A stretch of 64,000 nucleotides of DNA from Chlorokybus atmophyticus. Lineage: Eukaryota > Plantae > Mesostigma and Chlorokybus algae. This document shows positions 24,890-37,926 of the stretch, piece after piece. The notes beneath the pieces were generated by a model. The model worked only from the letters and a program-made list of their open reading frames with translations. It did no database searches and was not told the origin of the DNA. The stretch is taken from the NCBI GenBank assembly GCA_009103225.1, contig RHPI01002262.1:186001-250000 (forward strand), read 5' to 3'. The translations under genes and the position numbers were made by a program. Each line of letters opens with the position of its first letter. The first letter of the stretch is position 1.

Positions 24890-27800
24890 TTACTGCTTGG
24901 GTGCAGCCTTGCTCGCGCTGGTATTCCCAGTCTCATCCAACTGTTGTTGTTGCTGCTCCTGTTTGCGCGCGGCTCGCAACAGCTCCAGCTCTTGCTCCTT
25001 TTGCGCGCGACACACATCCACAGCCGGCTCAGCATACAACGCCGCATCCATCACCCTGCACGGTACAAGAAACACAGTGAACTGATGAACAGCACTAAAA
25101 CCAACAACAACAGTCCATACATGACAGCGGACATTATACAAACACCAACAATCTCCCACCATCGTGGCACGCGGGATTTTTCTTCGGGTAGAAAGGTGCG
25201 CGCGTAGAGGGCTTGCCATTCAGGGAGTTGGGCGGAGGGTGCGATGGTGTCAGCGGCACCGGGGACATCCGCATTGGCTCCCCTCGGCCGCCCGATGTCA
25301 CGAAACCGATCTGCGCCAGCTGGCACTACCAACGGATTCATGTAGTCCCTTTCAACCACCTTGCACGGCGCCCTGCACCCGATATCAACACCATTACTAT
25401 CAATGTGTGCGGCAAAAAGGAGACCTGATCCCCGACAACACGCAGCAACACCTGCCTGCAATGTTACATATGTATGCATCATACTTTGTGCAAGACTATG
25501 ACCCAATAAGCGCTAATGCTGTGAAGAAGGACATAACCCTCTTCACAGCATTAGCACGTGGTGAACTGAACGTTGTCGTCTCATCTGGTATGCGTGTGCT
25601 CTTGTTCCTTACAAGTTGAAAAGGTGGTGAGCAAGTGTGGCCCTGAAGGCCGTCATGAGGGCACGCAGCTGCGCACCCTGCTTTGGGTCTGTGGAGGACG
25701 GCACAGCCGTCAGCCCACTTGTGTACAGCAGGGACGCGCCGTGCAAATGCGCAACAAAGCGCAAAGCCCTCGCCATAACCTGCAAACATGTTTTGAGTTA
25801 CGCACGCAGCCCTGCAAGTGCAAGCAGAAATGTGCACACACGTGCACGCATGCCCGCACCCATATGCATACACACACAGATTCACACGCACATGCGCATG
25901 CGCACGCACTAACACACCAACATGCACGCATGCACGCACATGTACACGAACACACATCGTATGCACCTTGCGCTCCTCTGCATCTCTGTCCCGGAATGCA
26001 TCCCATTTGTTGGCGATAATGACGATCGGCACCGGAGACAATGTGACAGCATCCTTATCTTCATGGGCAGGACCAAACAACCTCTGGCAGTCGTCACATT
26101 GTCAGCTTCAAGACTTTACAACTCCATAACCACTGCGCTCCGATGGCATGGACGGATGTGTGCAACAACAATGTCTACACTGACTGCAATATGAACGGAA
26201 TATTTTATGTTACCATCAAAGTAGTTTTTCCAGTATTACCAGTTGACAATTGAAACAACACGTGCATGTACGTTGTGTCTAGCATGTATTCGTATGTGTC
26301 ACACAGTGTGCACATGCTTGTAAGTGCATACCTGTAAGTGCATACCATGTACATGTGCCTGTGCGTGTCGTGAATACACATACACACGCACGCACATGGG
26401 TGTACATGTTACAATATGAGTACACATGCAGGCAAAGAGCCCGTACGTGTGCATCTATCGTAGATAAACCATGTGCAAGTATACGTATATACGCAATGCA
26501 TTGCCAAACACCAACAAACCAATCACAAGGAGATGTGACCTCTTACTTGCGCGCGTGCAAGGACTTGATCCGGGAGTCGGCTGCCGTGTCTTGATAGGGA
26601 CTTGACGATGGCGGCGATGCGGCCTTTGATGGCAGCAAGCCACTCCAGCAGGCAACCAAGCGCGTCGCCGGGCCGGCTAAGGTCGAGGACGATCACGCAA
26701 CAACTGCACGCAAAGGCCGCCGGCGCCAGGAGACACCTCTCCCACCTCGCCGCGGGGCCGCCTCCTACCTGATCAGAGGGGTTGGATTGAGATTAGTGTG
26801 TTGACTGCTTGCGCTCAAGAACAATGCGACTGGACAGAACATCCACACGCACACAACATTCTGTACTCGTGAAACAGTCTACAGAAAGAGTTCATGCCGT
26901 CCTCTACTGTGCTTGTGCTATGCGATCAATTGCTGTATCGGGCTCATCATGCGCTAAGACTGCCACTGAAGCTGTTGTCTATGTCCAACATGAAGTTGTG
27001 GATGCTGTGACAATGGTATATCCTTTCTGAGATTTGTGTGCATTCAGTACAGTAAGCATTTGGCGAGCTTGCATGTGCACATCAGTGAGGTTACGTGTGT
27101 GGTGCCTGTGTGGATGCAAATGCACTCGTGCACGAGCAACACGCGTAAGTGTGAATGCAAGGTCATAACCTTATAGGACCCAATAACCAGCACCGTGAAT
27201 AACGCGCACACATATGCGGCCACGCTACAATATCCATACAGTCTATACCTACAGGTGCGTGTGCTCACACGCGCACTCACGCACATGCACGCATACGCCC
27301 GTGGACCCACCCCCCNTGCGAGTGTGTGTGCCACACATGCACATGGGCATGTGCGTGCATGCATGTGGGTGGGCGGTTGCGCATGCGCGCGCATGTGTGC
27401 ATGTGTGCGTGTGTGCGTGGGTATGCGAGCACATACGCACGCACACTCACACACTCACACCCACCCACACACACACACACAAACACACGCGTGCCCCGCT
27501 CCCCGCGCGTGCACGTGTGCACTCGCGCAGACGCCACTGTATGTTGTGGGACTTGTACCAATATACGCATCAGCAGAGTCGAACACACATGCACATTGGC
27601 CAGGTTAAGAGCAGGTACACAATAAATACACTCGTGTGCTTGGCAAAGATTCTTTGCCAAGCACACAAGTGCGTGTGCGTGTGCGCGCGTGGTAGGCGAC
27701 ACGATCTTCTGTGCATGGTGTGAGTGTGTACAACTGTACATTGCGCCAAGAAAGCAGCAATGCAATGCCAAAGTGTTTGCTGTTGTCCATGCAATGCAAG

Positions 27801-28157
27801 ACAAGCAAGTGAAGGGTTTGGTCAAGTTTAATTGCAGGTTGTATGAGTTTGTGTTGCTTTGGTAACTCATCAGATCAGTGGTTTCGATGCTTTCTCATTA
27901 CTTTTCCAAACGCACACCTCCCAGATATGCGCAACGTCCCGGCGGTCAAGTGTGTTGTGGCGGGCGTAGCTGTAACTAAGGCCGTGGGTGGGCTTGTACG
28001 ACGACGACGAGGCGGCGGCGGATCTGTCGTCCCCCTCAGTGAACCTCTGCAGGAGTGTGCTCTTGCCAGCGCCAGCCGCCCCAACGCAATACAAATGCGG
28101 ATCAGGCCTCGCCTTCGTAGCCTTCACCTCCTCAGCAGCAGCAGCCCACAGGTCCAT
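24890..28157 (-). CDS. DYNC2LI1: Cytoplasmic dynein-2 light intermediate chain (retrograde IFT)
   Basis: MDLWAAA start, P-loop GAAGAGKST, KPTHGLSYSYAR, DVAHIWEVGGG, IVLDLSRP, PVPIVIIANKWD, ARALRFVAHLHGASLLYTS, PLVVPAGADRF, YAEPAVD..RAQKEQELE. Confidence 0.92.
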
Positions 28158-28231
28158 ACACTCCTCCTCCTCCTCCTCCTTCACCGCCGCCGCCTCCTAA
28201 ACTGTCCAATCCGTGTACTTTTTGATCTCCT

Positions 28232-28246
28232 AAACCCTAAACCCTC
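28232..28246. promoter_or_regulatory. Tandem telo-box-like AAACCCTAAACCCT in the DYNC2LI1 leader/promoter
   Basis: Directly visible about 75 bp upstream of the DYNC2LI1 ATG. Confidence 0.55.
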
Positions 28247-28595
28247 AACAACAACCTGGATACGGATCGATAAAGTTGGTACCGGTCGTCATCGACAGAA
28301 CAGGTTACCGTCCGACCCGATCAGAGATGCGATCGCTACAGACCGGTTGACGTGGCAGCTGACCTGAATCCGACGCTGTGCATATCTATTGACTCCAACA
28401 TTAGCTTCAAGCTGCTTGAATCGGTCAAAAGAATGACACACACATCGAGTCGCCAAATCACTGCAGTTTGTGCCAAGTGAACTAACCCATACTGCTTATC
28501 TGTGCCTGTGGTGGTCTTGTCGTGCTCGGCTGCGGCGGTGTTGTTGGCGAGGACACCGCCAGAGGGGTTGTCCTGCTGCTTGTTCTTCTGCTGCC

Positions 28596-31500
28596 ATGCA
28601 GCGCTCAGCTGCCAGGGCCAAGGCGCCGGCGGGCAGCACGGAGCTGGAGTCGAAGCTTGCTAGCCCGCGTAAGGTGAGAGGGATTTCAACAGCAGCTGCA
28701 TTGCTTGGCCTTCACTGGCAAGGCATGGCCTAGACTCCATAGGCTTTGCCTGATGGAGTGATGGTGGGTGTCTTACTGACAGGACACATTGGATCCAACC
28801 GATGAGAACTCAGCTGTGCTGCAGAGCCGCCGCCGTCAGGTGTGCACAAGCATGACGATCTGTTACAAGCTTGGTCAATATGCTACAGGACAGTCAGTGC
28901 TGGTTTTGATGAAAGTTGATTGTAGATGACGTCAATCCTGTCATACACAGGCTGAGGCGGCCAGCAAACTTGCTCAGCAGGTCAAGGATGTCGTGTTGGA
29001 AGCCAACTTGCAGACTCTGCTGCATCCTACTCTGATTTCGCTGGCAGGTAAGCATGATTTACCGCATCTACGCTGGTTGTGCTGCTGCGAGTTGTACACA
29101 ACAGCTGTCACATCTCGTATGCACTTTTCTATAATTCTACTGCAGTCTTAATCAAGACAGCTTGTGACCACGACCTGCACTAAGTAGCTCTCATTACAAC
29201 TCTACATGGATGGTGCTGCCAACTGGTAGCGCATGATTGTTCGAACGGTTGTGAAACAAGCTTACAGACTTACACACTATTGCACCTGAGTATAGGTTCA
29301 AGCTTTTAATCTGAGATAGTTGGTCACAGTGCAAACAATGTGAATGCAGGCGTGCTGCTGACATGGCTGCTGGTGCGAGTCGGCCTCGGCCTCGCAGCCG
29401 CCATTGTGGTGGTTGTTCCACTCACTGTCTGGTCGCAGCTGCTGTTTATGACACGCAGGCTCAGGTGAGACATGTGGTGGGATGTGCTTGACGCCTGATC
29501 GTTGAAGTGCTGCTAGATCAAAGAATGTCAGCACCTGCATTTGCAATGCGAGGGATTGTCTGGTGTTTGTACCTCATGATACCTTCCAGGCAGGAGCTGT
29601 TGCAGAGGCTCGATGAGTATGAGCATCCATTGCAGCCCGATCATGAGTCAACGGAGTGGATTAACCACCTTCTCACTCTGGTATTTGCTCGGTCATAACA
29701 TCTCTTCTTTTACGTTCATTATACGCTGTGTGCATGCTGTACAACTGTGTACTTCACATGCACGTGCATGTGAGTCTCTGTGTGTGCATGGGCGCATGTT
29801 GCCTATAGTCATATGCGCATGCGCTAACCGACACACTAACCATACGCTAATGAAGAATGGTGTGCGCATGGCACACCATGCGTACACCATGGATGTGCAT
29901 GGCGTACACAACTTTCTTGCAACTTCTGAGCATATAAAATGTATGTAGTAGTGCGCTCATGGTTGTGCTTTGAACAGGTTTGGCAGAATTATTCAGTGTT
30001 CATAGCAGCGGAACTTGTGAAGACCCTCACTCCCAAGCTGCAAGACACCAAGTCAGAGTTGGTACCGCATGTCGGCATTCAACGACTGGACATTGGCACA
30101 CGCCCGCCCCGGCTTGGCAACTTTAAAGTAAACACGTACATGCACTGCAGTGTCAGGTGTTTGAAGCTCTCACCATGTGATCGATGTCTCACGTACCAAC
30201 GCAGGTGTATAGAGAGGATCCGCGCAAGTTCATGATGGACTTTGATGTCCGCTATGATGGTGACTTGAGCTGTGACATATGGGCCAGACCCGTTTCTTCG
30301 CCGGTTCCGCTTACCGTGCGTGTTAGCGACCCAGTGCTCCACGCTAAGGTAATAGCTTTATCATAAAACGCAGCGTTGTAGTTCGGGTGTTCACAGTAAT
30401 GCATGTTGTTGCTGCCTTGTCGAGCAGATGCGCATAGAAGCTGAGCTCCTACCCAACACATTCCCATTCGTGAAGACATTTGCGCTGCAGATGTTGGAAC
30501 CCCCAACAATTGACGTAAAGGTAACACCGTACTTTTGTTGGAGATAACGTATAGAGAAATTGTTGCTTGGTTGCTGTAAGCTTGCCTTATGTGCAAACAA
30601 GTTGTGTCTATATCTTATCTGCGCAGGTCAATACAGTGGGTGTACCAGTCACAGACATCCCCGGCTTTGCGCAACTCATTCATTCACTCATTGTACGCAA
30701 CATTGCTGCCATACTAGTGCCGCCCAATCGGTTTGAGATCGACGTGCTGGAGGTGCTCGGAGAGGTGCGCCACACTTGCATTGCAAGAAGAGTCCCGCTT
30801 TGGCCCCTTCTGAACTTGTGTACCCTGCATTTGCATTGACATTCATGCATTGCAGGATCCAAATGAGGTGGGCAAGCGTATTGAGGTGGCGCGCCAGAAG
30901 GAGAATATTATCAAGCACACGCAAGGAGCTTTGAGTGAAGCTGCTGCAGGTTGGACACTGACTTCTTCAGTACTATATCTGATCCCTGCTGATGAAGTTC
31001 TTTCATTTATATACACATCAAGCACTTCTCTTTGACACGACTTTCTGAGGTCTTGCGTTTCCGCTTGAGTTTGTCGGGTGTTTGCCCTACCTCTTGCTTA
31101 AAGAGTCCTCCGTTGGAGTGCAGGCGTGACGGGTGCAGTGAGTGATGTTTACGGTTTGGGACTCTCCACAGTGAAGGGTGTTGCGGGCGGGATAGGCACA
31201 CTTGGCGGTGCTGGCCTAAAAGTAGGCAATGCTGGACTCAAGGCAAGCAGCTGGTGTCATAATTAAGCTGACATGCTGATGAACCGCTCACACAGCTTCA
31301 ATAACGTGCAGACTCATTTTGTCTGTTGTCTTGTTTCTGTTGTTTTGTTTGATGTTGTGTCTTTGTGTCCTGGTCCTGGTCCTCTCAAGATCCACAACAT
31401 GCGTTCAGGTTGGGGGAGCAGGGTTGAACTTGGGCGTTTCCAGCATTTCCTCTGTTGGCAAGGGTATTGGCTCACTGTTCGGCTACGGCAGCACCCAAAA

Positions 31501-31754
31501 ACAGCCACAGGCTGGGTAGGGCTACCATTGCACACATCCAGGATGCTTGCAAGCATAGCCTGCCATGTGCTTCTTGGTACAGCTTATTTCATTGTGTGCT
31601 TTTTGTGATCAGTGCGGATTTGCCTGGCCAAGAGCATCAGCTGCAAGAAGGGGAGAACATGGCGCAGATGGTGCAGGATGCAGTGCAAGGACACGATGCA
31701 GAGCAGGCTGATAAAGCCACCGAGAAGATTGATCAGATGTTCTCCGGATGGTAG
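28596..31754 (+). CDS. SMP-domain (synaptotagmin/tricalbin-like) membrane contact-site protein without a recognisable C2 domain, ~13 exons
   Basis: Hydrophobic hairpin exon (GVLLTWLLVRVGLGLAAAIVVVVPLTVWSQLL), then ESTEWINHLL-VWQNY, IQRLDIGTRPPRLGNFK, MDFDVRYDG, FPFVK, PTIDVKV, VTDIPGF..LI..LI...IAAILVPPNRFEI (SMP pattern), then a Gly-rich tail. Confidence 0.85.
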
Positions 31755-34700
31755 ATTAGGTCAGCACATGTTGCTTTGCCAGGCACTGAAATTTAGGGTT
31801 AGGTGTAAAGATAGAGCAACCACAACAAAGCCCGGCTTTGTTGTTTTGTAGAATTGTAACTTGTAACATGAAGCAACCTGCTTTGTAGCAAATGCGTAGT
31901 TGCCTTTGTACCCAACATGCCAACCACACTGGGCCAGATAGAAAAGCAACTTGTGCTCGCGTGCACTTGTACTTGGACAACTACTTAAAAATTCTATCTG
32001 TAAAGGTTGTAAAACTATTGGTTGCACATTTGGGTCATGAGTACAAAAGCTGCAAGCCAGGTTTATGTCGTGGCCCTATTGCAAGCATGCCGCGATGCTC
32101 TGCACCTGCTTCCTTTGCAATTTGCTGCTACCCCTTCCCCCTTCCCTCTGCCCACACGGTTAATGAGAGTGCTGCATTCAGTGTGGTGAGTAAACATCTT
32201 ATGCATGTGTGTGTCACACTCTCATGCATGCCATAATCCTTGCATTCTATTTATTATACACTCCTCCCCCAGTCTATACCTAGTGCACTTAGCTATAGCC
32301 TAGTGAGGCCCCCCACCCCGTTGTTTTTCCCTTGCTTGTACTGTAGTATCAATTGATGCTAAGTTGTGCTTGCTTGCTTGTCTAAATGGCCCCAATCTAG
32401 TTCTTGTATACTTGGACAGCTCATTGCACATGTATAACATTATATGATTGTAAACGGCCACTTGAAAACATTCCCAATCACTTTAAACTTGCACCAATAA
32501 TAAACAATATAATTAGTGAAACATTTAAACCATAAGTTGTGGATGTGAATGCTTAGATTTTTGGGAATTACCGTCATCGTACGACGAAAGTGATCACAAC
32601 GCTTGCGCAAGCATGATGGGGTACAATGGTAATGTTGTTATGTAACAGCCTTTTTCGCGCATTTACATGCAGTGGTGATACTTGCATTATCATGCGTCAT
32701 GTGGGCAACCACGTAATACATGTAGGTACCATGCTACTGAATCAAAAACTGCTGAGCAATTCGTCGCGGACATCATGTTGCTTGCCAAGATTGAATAATT
32801 TGACGTTCAGTGACATTAACCATGGTCATGTACGTCTATCAGTTGTCAAAAAATGCGAGTCTGATTGAGTTCACGCAAACCTCAGAAGTCTTCATAAATG
32901 TGTTGCATTGCAATACAATTGGCGCGTGTTAGTCAAGGCGTGTTGCGCAATCCAAGTGGATTTTCATGAAACGACGACATTAAATGTTGCAAGCATGTAA
33001 TTCGACCGAGTAAACAACAAAAAGTTTCCATTACTGTGTCATTGACCATTAGCTTAACCTAACATAAAACAATATTATTATGTATCTTACGCTTCAAAAA
33101 TCCAACCATACAATGCGTGTATAAGTTGTATTGATTTCTCAGTACAATATCCTTGAAAATTATATTCTCTTTTCAATTCCTCTTCCACTCGCTCATAATG
33201 ATGACTCTATTTGGTTTAATCTTGTGTGTACCGTACCGCGCAGCTAATGAGTAGCGCTATGAGCTTTTTGATTGATCGGTGCCACGTCAGTGGTAGGGCT
33301 TGCATCTGCATGTCATCCTGTGTATAGATGTGACTATGGGCCTTTGTTTGACCACATGCATCCGGCTACAACAAGAGTGCAGATGCTGCATTTTTCACAC
33401 AATAAATTGCTAATCACGAGCACGCAACTTACCACAAGCTTGTAAGACAAATATATTGCAAAGTTGATGAAATTCTGTAGTTGGTTAACATTATCTGTTG
33501 TACTGTGGAAAAGCAGCAGCTGCACTCAACCCTTAGCAAATCAGAAGCGGCTCTGTCAATTGTGCAACGCGCTTCACAAGTATATTTCGTTTATGTATTA
33601 TGCAGACATTTATTGCTTTGACAATCATCCGCTATTCTTTGTTCGACCATTAACGCTACATGTAAGGCTGTTGGCACACCAATGCGAATACAACTTGGGC
33701 CAATGCGCTCAATTGCTAACATGCAGCTATGCCGCAATAAGAAGCCATCAAAGTGTGACAACTTACATGCATTTGTACAAACGTGAATAAAACATGTTGA
33801 CAATGTTTGCACCCTTTATGATAGGAATGCATTTCAAAATGCAAGATTATATCAACGATATTGCACTGGCATTACTTGCATGCTCTATCCAATATTGAGT
33901 GGTTTGCCGTAGGTATTCACTAAAATTTATGCTGATATGGCTATGGTCAGGCCGTAGCCGTAAAGGCACTGTTGTGCAGTGGTTCACCAACTTCGGTAAG
34001 GTGCAACCATGTCATGGTGGCGTATAAAAAGGCAAGAAGTTGTTTAATATCATGCACATAGATGACCTTCACATGCTTTTTACAGCAAGTAAATGCACGT
34101 AACACGTTCAAAGCTCCTTCACAGTTCCTTCACAACCCGCACAAGTGTGTATGTTACATTGTATTTCGGTGGAAAACACAACACTTTGATTGTAGCAATG
34201 GTGTTAAACTTTGCATTATTGGGTATGATGTTTGTGCGGTTCACACTATGGTAAAGCCTTCATCATCTTCACAAACACTGTTTGTGTTTTTTGAACACGA
34301 GCATTCAACAGACAAACTTCCACAAGTTCTAGCCTTAAGGTATTGCATCCCATAATCGCGGTGCGAAACCTCAAATACATCATAATTTGTCAGTTGGTCT
34401 ATACGTTAAACGCGCTATTTTAAGATTACGCCGGCAATCATAAACAAATTAAACACGTAATGTACCGGTTCCGGTTAATGTCTTGGTAGTCATGGTAGCG
34501 CTTTTCGCTACCACGTAATGTGATAGTTTTTATATAATGTATATTTATAGCAGAGCTTAGGCACAAGTTCGAATCCCGTATCGTCCGGATGAGCAGGGAG
34601 GGCAATTACACTTTATGTGAACAAGCGTTGAAGTCCACGCGTGGGTTGCACGACGCGCAGCTGTGCGGTGCTGTGGCCGCGCATAGTTGTGTGGCCATGG

Positions 34701-35125
34701 TCCATGGCGAGGTAAAATACTTCGTCAGTACTGAATGGTTCAGCCATACCGAATACGGAGAAGCAGATGTGGGTTAGCGCCGGGGAAAAGTAATAGCAGA
34801 TTGTAAAAGCGTTCTCGCCTCCTTTCGTGGTGTAGTAGCGCATTTGCTACCATAACCGAGATGGTGGTTACAGTGCATGTGCTCGTTAATCGAGATATAT
34901 CAAATGAGGTTGATAGGTTGAGATGTCTGTGCTTTTACACGATTGAAAGCAACATACGACATTTTGATTTGCGAGTACTCGCATTAATGCAGCAGTATTA
35001 CAAGTTTGGTCGCTCCATCTTACACATCTTCATCACCGCTCTTGAACACCTTATAAATATCTTATCTTATTATCTTTTTATGTGCGTGCAAGATGCAAAA
35101 CTCCAACATTGCCATATAAACTGGT

Positions 35126-35260
35126 GTGATTGCTCTTGACCAGAATTGGCTAGTGATTAACAATGTTTAAATGTGGATCTGCAAGTGCTTGATGTAACAA
35201 GCGCTAATTTGGATATCAATTCAGTTTGCACAAGAGCAATCACTAGCCAATTCTGGTCAA
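35126..35260. repeat. Inverted repeat with perfect 23-bp arms (35136-35158 / 35238-35260) and an interleaved second inverted repeat
   Basis: TTGACCAGAATTGGCTAGTGATT / AATCACTAGCCAATTCTGGTCAA, plus GTGATTGCTCTTG (35126-35138) / CAAGAGCAATCAC (35231-35243). Confidence 0.95.
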
Positions 35261-37074
35261 CTGCGGGGGTTCTATGGTGGACCATGGGAAGGGAAGCCGA
35301 CAGGGCATGATGTCAAGACCATGCTACTGTACCAGCAGTGGTTCAGATGTCAAGGCTTCCTGATGTCCGTGGCTGGCGACGTGCTGATGGCAAGCAGCGC
35401 CGCAGGATTTGTGGCGGGTAGGGCTTCAACACGCCGGGTACGGGTGGGGGCGCCAAAATAAAGCGATCGCGCGGCGGTGAGATACTTTGCGTCCTTTAAG
35501 TCCTGTGAGTCACACAAAGTCAATATCCAGATTCACCCCACCTTCAGCACTAGCCACTGACAACCGGCTACGCGACGGGGCGGGCAACATCTTGTCCCCA
35601 CAAACAGCGCAAGCAGCAGCAAGAGTGTATCAAAACCCCACTTCTCGATTCGCTCGCCGAGCGCTCTCATTGGCCCCTCGGCGATAGACGAATCTCGTCC
35701 ACATAAGAAGTCACCCGCAGATGATATGCGCGGCTCGCACTCGAGCGCGCGATGGAGTTACCCGCCATTTTGAGAGGCAATCAATAACTTTTGTACAGGC
35801 CTTTCGTCGGAGAACAACCACCGTTGGATAAGGCCTAGGTCGAAGCGGTATCGAACTCCACGATCACATCAATCGGCGAGTGAACCTGCGAAGTCGCGGT
35901 TGAATCTTTGGCCACGGCATTCACGCCAGCGCATGACCGGCAAAGGTGGACCGGCGACCGGCCAGTCCGTCACAATTCCACGTCCCCTATCTGTTCATCA
36001 AGCAAGTGTGGCCACTGGCGGATCGCGACTGCCTGCGGATGGCGTCGCAAGGGCTTACGCAAAAGCGTACCGTACAAGCAACTGTGTCCGCGTCGTGCAC
36101 CGCAGGACTGATGCACCCTGCCGTGCACCCTCGGTAAGTGCATACGGTAAGCAGCAAAACAGCTAGTGGCACAACAGATGTTATCTGCAAGCGAATATAA
36201 GGACGCATTCATAAGTGTTGACATGTATACATGTTATGTGTAGCTTAAAGCCACAACCACTGGCTGCCTTGCGCAGCGTCAGAAACACCAGAGTTGCAAG
36301 GCAAGTTCAACGCTTGCATTGTTTGTAACTTGTAACAGCCACCTCGACACAAGTCATGCATGAACTTTGACAGTTGTAAGATGATCATACCATAGGTTGT
36401 AATTTTATAAGGGGCTACGACCCGAAACCTTCTGAAACGTATACAGCTTGTCAGCTATATACGATCAAAAAATGTGGTGTAATTGAGTCAGTTGTTGCTA
36501 CCGATATGCGGATACTGTATGTCAGCATGATGTTTAATTAAATTATGGTTAAAAATTGTGCAACATTCAATTGTTGTGATTGCAAATGGGAAACATATGT
36601 TTAATGTTTAATGTATTAATGGGTATATATTATGTTACTTATGACACTTACAATTTGCGTGTAAAACGGTAAGTAATTTTATGTATATACGTGTGTATAT
36701 ATACATACATATATGCATGTATGTATGTGTATATAATGCTTTTTATTTTACATATATTGTTACATATATTTTAATTAATAATTTAATTCAATGTAATTCA
36801 ATTGCTTATCAACTTTTTATAAGCATGTAAGTAATGGTTGTCGCAAAACATGTTTACAATTACGGCATACACTAAATTCGTTGCAATTTTTACAAGAACC
36901 ACAAGTTCATAATTTCCAATACGCAAGCAACAATGCAATAAGCTTTATACTTTAACTAATTTCACACAACATCTTATTAAGGTACTACACTTAAAGCATA
37001 CAATTGATATGAATTACGCTCATAATGAGTTAGTGAAGACATATTGCACTACACTGGCTGCGAGACGAACCTGT

Positions 37075-37200
37075 CCATGACCCTTGCTGCCAGTTATGCA
37101 GATCATGTGCTTAGGGGCCCACATGGGCGATGTGTCTCGCAGCAAGCCTATTGCTGCAGCAACGATGCAATTGTTATGCGTTTATCGAGGGTTGTACGAA
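37075..37200 (+). mobile_element. Possible relic of a restriction-like-endonuclease non-LTR retroelement
   Basis: YADHVLRGPHG....NDAIVMRLSRVVR resembles the G.HLLRC.HG....HDAIRD motif I recall from such elements. Short and degenerate. Confidence 0.25.
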
Positions 37201-37926
37201 ACTAGGGTACGCAATCATCATCGGCAGTTAAGTGGCACGCCGCACGTCCCATCTGCGCAATCGCGCGCCGCCCTTGCGAATTGCCAGCTGGCGGCTTCGC
37301 GAGCTTGGGCCCAGCATGATAACACCATCAACTAGTCGCCGGACCGGCTGATTCAGTTGAGCGACCGGTCCCAGTGGCCGGGACCCGCGGGGGGCGCCCG
37401 CCGCCGCCAGCGCCGCCAGCCAGCCACGCGTCGGCGGGCCGCGGGGACGCCCGCCGATCGGGTCGATATAAACCCTCAATGGAAATTGCAATGGAAACAC
37501 AAGCTGGAGAGGGGCAACGGACAGTAACCGTCAGCTAACTAACCTAGCAACGGTCAAATGCCTTTCACCATCACCGCGCGGTGCGTTGGCTAACGGAAAC
37601 TAACAGCTGACCATTTGCTGTTTCGAACTGAGAAGATGGTGGTTAGGGTGCGGCAAGTTCTGTTTGCTTTAGCCGTTTTGCGAAGCGAAACTGCCGCAGA
37701 GCCAACGCAACGCCTCAAAACCGCTGTGAGAGCATTCTGCTGGAAAGATTGTGTGAGAAGCAGCAACTGCAGTTGCGGCGGCGGAGTGTGTGGCGGCGGC
37801 GGCGGAGGAACAGGCGAGGTGGTGGCGGAGGCGACAGTGACGGGGTTGGAGTGGGTTGTGGTGTGCAGGGCCTTGTGTGTTGGGGTCCTGTGTCACTTGG
37901 CTTGTTGGGCGGGAACTCAGCCTTGG

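Noticed and set aside
34550-34600. GTTCGAATCC as a tRNA gene
   Set aside because: No A-box/D-arm, anticodon arm or acceptor stem can be folded.
34620-34770. FYLAMDHGHTTMRGHS on the minus strand resembling the CR1/L2 TRGHS motif
   Set aside because: Too short, with no reverse-transcriptase sequence nearby.
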